NCBI GenBank assembly: GCA_046729535.1
Contig: JBKPGU010000125.1
Coordinates: forward strand, 1-38,221
Direction: 5' to 3'
Length of the DNA stretch: 38,221 bases
DNA from: Actinomycetota bacterium
Lineage (GTDB): Bacteria; Actinomycetota; UBA4738
The notes beneath the pieces are model-generated. The model did not search any database and was not told where the DNA came from. It saw only the letters and a program-made list of their open reading frames with translations. Within the stretch, counting starts at the first letter, position 1; each line of letters begins with the position of its first letter. This document shows positions 32,733 through 38,221 of this stretch, in pieces. The translations under genes were made by a program, and so were the position numbers.

Positions 32733-33410
32733 TCAGGCCTCTCGTCTTTCGGCCGGCCGGAGCCACTTCAGGAACCACTCCTTGGCGCGCGCCCCCGCCT
32801 CCTCCAGGGTCCCGTGCTCCTCGAACAGGTGCGTCGCGCCCGGGACCACGACGAGTTGGACCTCGGCATGCATTTGCCGAATGGCCTGTCGATTCAACTC
32901 CAGCACCTGTTCGTCGCGACCACCGACGAGCAGCAGCGTGGGCGCCCGAACCTCGGCCAGGCGGGGCCCGGCCAGGTCCGGACGGCCCCCTCGAGATATC
33001 ACGGCCCTGATCTCATCCGGCAGCTCCGCGGCGGCCCACAGAGCGGCGGCCGCCCCGGTACTGGCTCCGAAGTAGCCGACGGGCATCTCGGGATCCAGAC
33101 TCGGCGCGGTCCGAATCCAGCTGGTGGCGGCCCGAAGCCGGCCGGCCAGCAACTCGATGTCGAAGACGTTCGTTCGGTCCACGGCCTCTTCGGGCGTCAG
33201 CAGGTCGAACAGCAACGTGGCCAACCCCGCCTCCTGAAGCCATCCAGCGACCATCCGGTTGCGGGGGCTGAGGCGGCTGCTGCCGCTGCCATGAGCGAAG
33301 ACGACCACGGCGAAGGCTCCCTCGGGAGCGCCGACGGTGCCGGGCAGCACCACTCCCTCCGCATCGATCTCGATCTCGATCTCGTGCTCAGCCGGCTTCG
33401 GAGCGATCAC
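32733..33410 (-). CDS. dienelactone hydrolase-like alpha/beta hydrolase
   Basis: VVVFAHGSGSSRLSPRNRMVA, nucleophile elbow YFGASTGAAAAL, C-terminal VVVPGATHLFEE. The stop is 1 nt from the pncA start (TGAGATG). Confidence 0.8.
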   Translation of the reverse strand: MIAPKPAEHEIEIEIDAEGVVLPGTVGAPEGAFAVVVFAHGSGSSRLSPRNRMVAGWLQEAGLATLLFDLLTPEEAVDRTNVFDIELLAGRLRAATSWIRTAPSLDPEMPVGYFGASTGAAAALWAAAELPDEIRAVISRGGRPDLAGPRLAEVRAPTLLLVGGRDEQVLELNRQAIRQMHAEVQLVVVPGATHLFEEHGTLEEAGARAKEWFLKWLRPAERREA

Positions 33411-33504
33411 CTCCGGCCGATGCTATGCCAAGCGCCCTTTGGCCGGCGACGAGAGCGGCGCCTCTCCCGATGAGCTGCCCTCCCACGCGGGTATCCTCGC
33501 GGCC

Positions 33505-34650
33505 GTGCGCCTGTATGAGGAGACGTCGGGCCGGCTGCGCGAGGTCGAGATCCGGCCACGCATGACGATGTACGTCTGCGGCATCACGCCGTACGACTCA
33601 GCCCACATCGGGCACGCGTTCACCTATGTCCATTTCGACGTCCTGGCTCGTTACCTCCGAAGCCTCGGTGTGGAGGTCGTCCACGCCCAGAACGTGACCG
33701 ACGTGGACGACGACATCCTGCGAGTGGCACGGGAGCGGGGCGAGGATTTCATGGAGCTCGGGCTCCGAGAAACGGCTGCCTTTGAGCGCGAGATGCAGGC
33801 CATCGGGGTGCTGCCCCCCACCCACAGTCCAAGGGCTACCGAGTTCGTGCTCGAGATGGTCGAGGAGGTGAAGGCTCTGCTGGAAGCCGGCTGCGGCTAC
33901 GAGCGAAACGGCACCGTCTACTTCCGGGTGGCCGCCGAACCCGGCTACGGCCGGCTGTCGCGGCTGTCGCGGGAGGAGATGCTGGCCCTGGCGGCGGAGC
34001 GGGGAGGACACCCGGAGGACCCGAACAAGGACGACCCCCTGGACTTCGTGCTGTGGCAGCGATCGTCCCCCGGCGAGCCGTGGTGGGACAGCCCGTGGGG
34101 CCGGGGCCGCCCAGGGTGGCACATCGAATGCTCCACGATGGCCCGGCGACTGCTCGGACAGCCGGTGGACGTCCACGGCGGTGGGACGGACCTCATCTTT
34201 CCGCACCACGAGTCGGAGCTGGCCCAAGCGGAGGCCGTCCCCGGCCCCCGCCCCTTCGTCCGCCACTGGGTGCACACAGGCACCGTGTACATGGACGAGG
34301 AGAAGATGAGCAAGTCGCTGGGCAACCTCGTGTTCGTCCGGGACCTCCTGAAGCGATACCCTCCCCGGGCCATCCGGCGGTTCCTGCTCCGCCACCACTA
34401 CCGGGGGGACTGGACCTTCCGCGACCAGGACCTGGAGATCGAGACGGTGGGTGAAGCGTCTGCGCAGCGAGGGAACGGCTACGCCGGCTTCGACCCGGTG
34501 ACCGACCGCGGCCGGTTCTTCCAGGCCCTGGACGATGACCTGGACACGCCTCGAGCGCTGGGGGTGCTGGATCGAGCCGCCAGATCCACCGATCCGGAGG
34601 CAGGATCGCTCCTTGCGGAGGGGCGGGCCATCCTCGGACTCGACCTGTAG
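33505..34650 (+). CDS. mshC: L-cysteine:1D-myo-inositol 2-amino-2-deoxy-alpha-D-glucopyranoside ligase (mycothiol ligase MshC)
   Basis: CysRS-like HIGH (MYVCGITPYDSAHIGHA) and KMSKS motifs. GRGRPGWHIECS. ERGGHPEDPNKDDPLDFVLWQ. A short C-terminus DDLDTPRALGVLD....ILGLDL without an anticodon-binding domain, collinear with M. smegmatis MshC as I recall it. Start set at the in-frame GTG at 33505, downstream of the divergent gene; the ORF-track start at 33337 overlaps that gene. Confidence 0.9.
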   Translation: MRLYEETSGRLREVEIRPRMTMYVCGITPYDSAHIGHAFTYVHFDVLARYLRSLGVEVVHAQNVTDVDDDILRVARERGEDFMELGLRETAAFEREMQAIGVLPPTHSPRATEFVLEMVEEVKALLEAGCGYERNGTVYFRVAAEPGYGRLSRLSREEMLALAAERGGHPEDPNKDDPLDFVLWQRSSPGEPWWDSPWGRGRPGWHIECSTMARRLLGQPVDVHGGGTDLIFPHHESELAQAEAVPGPRPFVRHWVHTGTVYMDEEKMSKSLGNLVFVRDLLKRYPPRAIRRFLLRHHYRGDWTFRDQDLEIETVGEASAQRGNGYAGFDPVTDRGRFFQALDDDLDTPRALGVLDRAARSTDPEAGSLLAEGRAILGLDL

Positions 34651-34680
34651 TTCACGTCCAAGTTTCGTCCCGGCCTGTGG

Positions 34681-34701
34681 AAAACTCGGGGCTCGAGTTT
34701 T
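34681..34701 (+). terminator. weak candidate terminator hairpin after mshC
   Basis: AAAACUCG (34681-34688), loop GGGCU, CGAGUUUU (34694-34701), 31 nt after the mshC stop. Only 4 G/C pairs, with the A/U arms giving a symmetric A-tract and U-tract. Confidence 0.3.
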
Positions 34702-34789
34702 GCCTATTGGTCACGGGGGTATCGAACCCGCTACGCTACGCGGGCCGTCCCCAGCCCTGAGGTAGAGGGTTGGTCCACCGCCGAGCGCG

Positions 34790-34930
34790 GAGATCGCTGG
34801 GACGGCGCTCGTAGCGCACCGCGCGAGCGGACGGTTGTGCCCGAACCGACCACCACACGCTCGCCGGTTTGAAGGCGCTGTTGTCGCGAGCGACCCGGGG
34901 CTCTCCTCCGACTCACCTCAGTGGCTGGCG
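34790..34930 (+). ncRNA. candidate structured 5' leader or riboswitch upstream of the lytic transglycosylase; possibly a ydaO-type c-di-AMP class, unverified
   Basis: Lies within a 400-nt non-coding gap. Candidate helices: closing helix UCGCUG (34794-34799) with CAGUGG (34919-34924); GCGCU/AGCGC (34805-34817); 7-bp GCGAGCG/CGCUCGC (34823-34829 with 34858-34864); GUCG-CGAG-CGAC (34883-34894). The 3' segment CCGACUCACCUCAGUGGC resembles the conserved ydaO 3' element (..CCGACAGCU(A/C)ACCUCGUAAGCG) as I recall it. The downstream gene class (secreted cell-wall hydrolase) is a typical ydaO regulon member in Actinobacteria. Confidence 0.3.
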
Positions 34931-35050
34931 CGCGTCTTGTGTCGGCCTCGAGGCGGGGTTCGAGCCTGCCCGGCTCCGTTCACGCCTCACGCCTCGCGTG
35001 CGTGTGCCCCTCGTGCGCGAGACGGAGCCGGCCGACGAAGGGAGTAGCAC

Positions 35051-35665
35051 GTGCAGGGGAAGGTCATATCGCGGCTCCTCACCCTTGGGGTAGGAGCCTT
35101 ACTTGTCACCCTCATGCCGGTACCGGGACCGGCCGGATCGGCCTCCGCGGCCACGCAGTCGTGGCCGGACTTCAGGAACGATTTCCTGGAGCTCCACAAG
35201 CATTACCTCCCGGTCGCCCCCGAGGCCCCGGAGGTAGCGATCACCGGGACGTGGTTGAGGGCGCAGGGCCGGTACTTCCACGCCCGGGCGCGTGCGCTCG
35301 CCCGCATCCGAACCGCATATCAAGACATGGTCCGGCAGAGCGAAGGAAGGTTGTGGTTCGTCTCAAGGATCGCGGCGGGCGCCATCAGGACAGCGGTCCT
35401 GCGAGCTTTCGGATCCGAAGGCGAGCACGCGCTGGCGGTCCTGGCATGCGAGAACCCGGAGCTGGACCCCGGCGCCATCCACAACGACGGAGACGGGAGC
35501 TCCGACTGGGGTCTGTTCCAGATCAACATCGTCTACAACCGAGGCAACTTCGACTATCCCGAGCACCTCCTGGACCCCCTCTACAACATCACGGTCGCGG
35601 CGAACGTTTACCACGAACGGGGTTGGCGCGACTGGACGTGCGGGCGCCTCCTCGGGCTGGGCTGA
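35051..35665 (+). CDS. secreted lytic transglycosylase / lysozyme-like (SLT domain) protein
   Basis: GTG at 35051 with GAAGGGAG upstream. Signal peptide ISRLLTLGVGALLVTLMPVPGPAGSASA-A. SLT-like catalytic region LACENPELDP...SSDWGLFQINIVYN...NITVAANVY. Confidence 0.8.
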   Translation: MQGKVISRLLTLGVGALLVTLMPVPGPAGSASAATQSWPDFRNDFLELHKHYLPVAPEAPEVAITGTWLRAQGRYFHARARALARIRTAYQDMVRQSEGRLWFVSRIAAGAIRTAVLRAFGSEGEHALAVLACENPELDPGAIHNDGDGSSDWGLFQINIVYNRGNFDYPEHLLDPLYNITVAANVYHERGWRDWTCGRLLGLG

Positions 35666-35672
35666 GCCCCGA

Positions 35673-37178
35673 TCAGGAGGGCGACGCGGATTGCACGGTT
35701 GACGGTTGAGGCGAGGAGGTCCCGCTGGGAGACGGAGAGGGAGACGGCGGGGTCGGAACCAGCGTGCCGAACTGTTGCTCGACCAGACGTCGCCTGACCG
35801 TGAGGCTTCCCGATTCCGGCGACTGCTGGATCAGGTCGTAGGCCACCAGGCGCGACGGGGTGGTTCGCTGGAAGTACAGGATCTCCGCCTCCAGCGGGAT
35901 CCCGCCCTGTTCCGTGAACACGTTCGCCCCCGCCCCGCCGGTCGAGCCATCCCTCAAGAACAGGGTTCCGTTCACCACCCGCGCCGATTCCTTGTGAAAG
36001 TGCCCCGAGACGACCAGGGGCACGTAGCCGGCAGCGGCCTCGCCCATCCGGTCGTCGTGTATGGCCACGATGTCGGGGGGGACGGCCATGCCCCGGACAT
36101 CCCTGAGCACCCTGGCCCCCGAGGCTCGGACGATCGCGGCCAGCTGGTCGTCGGTTCGCAGGGTCTGCTTGTTCGGCGTGAAGATGGGATCGCCCAGGCC
36201 GTACACCGTCAGGCCCTTGATCCTCCTGGCCTGCCCGTCCAGCACGATGGCGCCCGGGACCTTGGCCACGGCCTCCTGGAGACTGACGGAGTCGTGGTTG
36301 CCGCGGACATACACGTACGGCCGGCCGAAGTCGGGGACCGCCGAGAGGATGACGTTCTCCGCAGGCGTGCCGAAGGACGTGATGTCGCCCGTATCCACCA
36401 CGAAGTCGACGTCGAAGGCGCGCGCCACCTGGATGGCGAACGCCATCCCCAGCGGCGAAAGGTGGACGTCCGAGATGTGCAGAACCCGGATCTCCTGAAA
36501 CCTGGGCACCGGGCTCGCCTCGAGCGAGGTGTAGACGCGGACGGCGCCGCCAAGGACTCGGGATAGCTCGGCGCGGAAATTGTCGATCCGGTCGAGCGCC
36601 GTCTCGGCGGGGCCGATGAGCTTCGGTGCGAGGGAGAGCGAGCCGGAGAACGTCGGCGAGAGGAGCGCCTCCGGTCGGTACGTGGCCCAGGCCGCGGTCT
36701 CGCTGCCTCCCACGACGACCAGCGTGGTGGCGAGGGCCACCGCGATCGGCCGCCACCGGGTGCGGAAGGCGATCATCGCCAGGACCAGCGCCCCGCCCAT
36801 GGCGACGGCGAACAGTCGCATGGCGAACGGGACGACCTGCTCGAGCGCCTGCCGCTGAACATCGTCGATGACGGCGTCAAGGCCTCGGTTTCCCACCTCG
36901 CTCACCAGCTGCGTCACGTCCACGCTCTGGAGTGAAGCGCCCAGCCTGAGCGGCGCACGATGGGTATCGGCCGTGAGGCGTCCCAGGGGGGGCAGGGCGA
37001 GGTCGGTGAATCCCCTGCCGAACCTGGCGGTGAGCTGGATCCGGAAAGGACCCATCCTCACGGTCTCTCGCCCGAAGGCGAGCATGGCCAACGACGCGCC
37101 GCCCAATCCGACGAGGGCGGGGATCAGGAAGCCGGCGACGACGAGAGTTCTTCGACGCCACGAATGAGTGGCCGACAC
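35673..37178 (-). CDS. membrane-bound metallophosphoesterase (calcineurin-like) with a Ser/Pro-rich C-terminal tail
   Basis: N-terminal TM helices. Phosphoesterase motifs VLHISDVHLS, VVDTGDITSFG, VRGNHDS, VSGHFH. Tail PTPPSPSPSPSGTSSPQPS. Confidence 0.85.
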   Translation of the reverse strand: MSATHSWRRRTLVVAGFLIPALVGLGGASLAMLAFGRETVRMGPFRIQLTARFGRGFTDLALPPLGRLTADTHRAPLRLGASLQSVDVTQLVSEVGNRGLDAVIDDVQRQALEQVVPFAMRLFAVAMGGALVLAMIAFRTRWRPIAVALATTLVVVGGSETAAWATYRPEALLSPTFSGSLSLAPKLIGPAETALDRIDNFRAELSRVLGGAVRVYTSLEASPVPRFQEIRVLHISDVHLSPLGMAFAIQVARAFDVDFVVDTGDITSFGTPAENVILSAVPDFGRPYVYVRGNHDSVSLQEAVAKVPGAIVLDGQARRIKGLTVYGLGDPIFTPNKQTLRTDDQLAAIVRASGARVLRDVRGMAVPPDIVAIHDDRMGEAAAGYVPLVVSGHFHKESARVVNGTLFLRDGSTGGAGANVFTEQGGIPLEAEILYFQRTTPSRLVAYDLIQQSPESGSLTVRRRLVEQQFGTLVPTPPSPSPSPSGTSSPQPSTVQSASPS

Positions 37179-37215
37179 CCCTTCGATGCTACGGCCAGTT
37201 GGAACGATCCGGCCC

Positions 37216-37845
37216 CTAAGCCGACCTGAGCCCCTTGTCGACGGCCATCCGGTCGAGGCGGATGGGACCTCCGCTGCCGAGGATCTCGGCGATCAGCCGG
37301 GATTCGTGGGGGTCGTCGGTGTGGACCTCCACCAGGAAGCCCTCCTCGGCGCGGGCCTCGCTCATCCCGCCCCAGATGCCACCGGCCATCGCCCCGAACA
37401 CCCACCCGGCGACTGCGCCGGCCACCAGGGCGACCCACGTTCCGAGCCCGAACCCGAAGAACGCCAGACCGACGAGGAAGCCCATCGCGGCTCCGCCCAA
37501 GGTCGTGACGGCCGCCACGAGCACGGTGCGCGAGAACACGGAACGAGCGACGTCGGCGTCGCGCCGGCGAATCGGGGTCTGGACCGGCTCGCCCGTCGTG
37601 GGAGCCCCTGAGCGAACCGAGCCGACCACCCGGTTCGCTGGACCCTCGTCAGTGACCCTTCGGTCCTGGACAACGATATGCCCGCGATCGACCCCGGCTG
37701 CCTCCAGGGCTGCGACAGTGGCCTCGGCGTCGTCCAAGGTGCGGTACACCGCCGCGAGGTTGTACAAGCCCAACGCGTGAACACCTCGCGTCCGTCCTTC
37801 CGGGACCGAAGGACCGCGCGGACTCCCGCTCGATTCGTAGGTCAT
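37216..37845 (-). CDS. membrane protein with a glycine-zipper TM region flanked by small soluble domains (general-stress-protein-like)
   Basis: ATG at 37845. N-terminal YRTLDDAEATVAALEAAGVDRGHIVV. Gly-rich TM pair AAMGFLVGLAFFGFGLGTWVALVAGAVAGWVFGAMAGGIWGG. No confident family assignment. Confidence 0.6.
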   Translation of the reverse strand: MTYESSGSPRGPSVPEGRTRGVHALGLYNLAAVYRTLDDAEATVAALEAAGVDRGHIVVQDRRVTDEGPANRVVGSVRSGAPTTGEPVQTPIRRRDADVARSVFSRTVLVAAVTTLGGAAMGFLVGLAFFGFGLGTWVALVAGAVAGWVFGAMAGGIWGGMSEARAEEGFLVEVHTDDPHESRLIAEILGSGGPIRLDRMAVDKGLRSA

Positions 37846-37882
37846 GTCCTGCTCCTACCCGAGCGCTCGAGGGCCAAACGAC

Positions 37883-38221
37883 GGCTGGGCCCACGACGTG
37901 ACCATCGGGCAAGGGTACGAAGCCGCTCGACTGTCGGGCATCGATTGCCTGGCCGGCATCAGACGCCCTTGGCGACCTGAACGGGGTGGAGCATCGTCCG
38001 CTCGCTCCACTTCGTCGTGTGCACGCCAGATTTCTACGACGTTCACAGGGTCTCGAGCGGGGCGACCGATCTCCTCCGCGACGTGTTCGGCGAGGAGCAC
38101 GGCCTGGGAGGCCGCGCCACCATCGGGGTCATGGCGCTGGCCCGGAACAACTGCCACGAGATCTGGCTTGATGTGGAGGTGAGGGCCTGGTCCTGGACGG
38201 AAACCCCCGAGGGCTCCGGCC
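37883..38221 (+). pseudogene. RidA/YjgF-family (YjgF_YER057c_UK114_like_1 type) gene relic: N-terminally truncated, two +1 frame shifts, runs to the window edge
   Basis: Homology is split across three plus-strand frames. First frame: GWAHDVTIGQGYEAARLSGIDCLAGI (to ~37960). Second frame: SDALGDLNGVE (37959-37991). Third frame: IVRSLHFVVCTPDFYDVHRVSSGATDLLRDVFGEEHGLGGRATIGVMALARNNCHEIWLDVEV (37993 onward, open to 38221). Compare the family pattern ..G.eAAR...L..La.lk..LGDLd.V.rvv.l.gFVn.tPDF...p.V.nGASDLl..VFG..G.HAR.AvGv.aLP..vaVE.e. The ~50-aa N-terminal part of the family is absent. Confidence 0.5.

Noticed and set aside
34700-34748. A tRNA-like T-arm on the minus strand (GCGGG-TTCGATA-CCCCC followed by GTGACCA), considered as a tRNA gene or an att-site remnant
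   Set aside because: The T-stem has an internal C-C mismatch. No matching 5' acceptor strand, D-arm or anticodon arm lies at the right spacing (the sequence 48 nt upstream is GGTGGAC, not the complement). No integrase or repeat copy is present elsewhere in the window. It is probably just part of the GC-rich structured leader.
37855-38157. A minus-strand ORF (100 aa, actually open to the window edge) at the right end
   Set aside because: It is antisense to the segments with clear RidA-family homology on the plus strand. Its own translation matched nothing I recognise. The call is uncertain because the plus-strand gene is disrupted.
1-38221. A search by eye for CRISPR arrays, IS elements or transposases, integrases, toxin-antitoxin pairs, restriction-modification or other defence genes, and rRNA/tRNA genes
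   Set aside because: None found: no spaced direct repeats, no DDE or tyrosine-recombinase motifs in any frame I read, and no obvious compositional island. Subtle or novel elements cannot be excluded without computation.

Overview
This is a high-GC (roughly two-thirds G+C by eye), densely coding chromosomal segment with about 45 genes on both strands. All family calls come from reading motifs in the supplied translations; no searches were run.

Gene content points to a mycothiol-producing member of the Actinomycetota:
- the mycothiol ligase mshC;
- a complete coproporphyrin-dependent haem operon (hemE-hemH-hemY-hemQ);
- an InhA-type enoyl-ACP reductase;
- a partial uppP next to the histidine-phosphatase / DUF3090 / SCO1664 trio, as in the mycobacterial Rv2133c-Rv2136c neighbourhood.

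I saw no rRNA or tRNA gene, CRISPR array, transposase, integrase, phage gene or recognisable defence gene. The window looks like core chromosome, not an island. Many adjacent genes share 1-4 nt start/stop overlaps (ATGA, GTGA, TGATG), which implies tight operons.

The ORF track treats GTG and TTG as starts. In this GC-rich DNA it also lists many long Arg/Pro/Gly-rich shadow ORFs, which I rejected.

Observations most worth a second look:
1. A ThiS/MoaD ubiquitin-like domain with a retained internal Gly-Gly, fused in frame to a BNR/Asp-box beta-propeller (6442-7827).
2. An orphan sensor kinase translationally coupled to the uncharacterised phosphatase / DUF3090 / PI3-4-kinase-like trio (120-3580).
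3. An ECF sigma factor coupled to an O6-alkylguanine methyltransferase where an anti-sigma gene would normally sit (3632-4830).
4. A 400-nt structured leader upstream of a secreted lytic transglycosylase, possibly a c-di-AMP (ydaO-type) riboswitch (34651-35050).
5. A nicotinamidase gene whose central third lies in a different frame because of two compensating single-base indels (32141-32731).
6. A truncated, twice-frameshifted RidA-family relic at the right edge.
7. A MoxR / DUF58 / DUF4129 membrane module (16312-19803).

None of these is proven novel from sequence alone.
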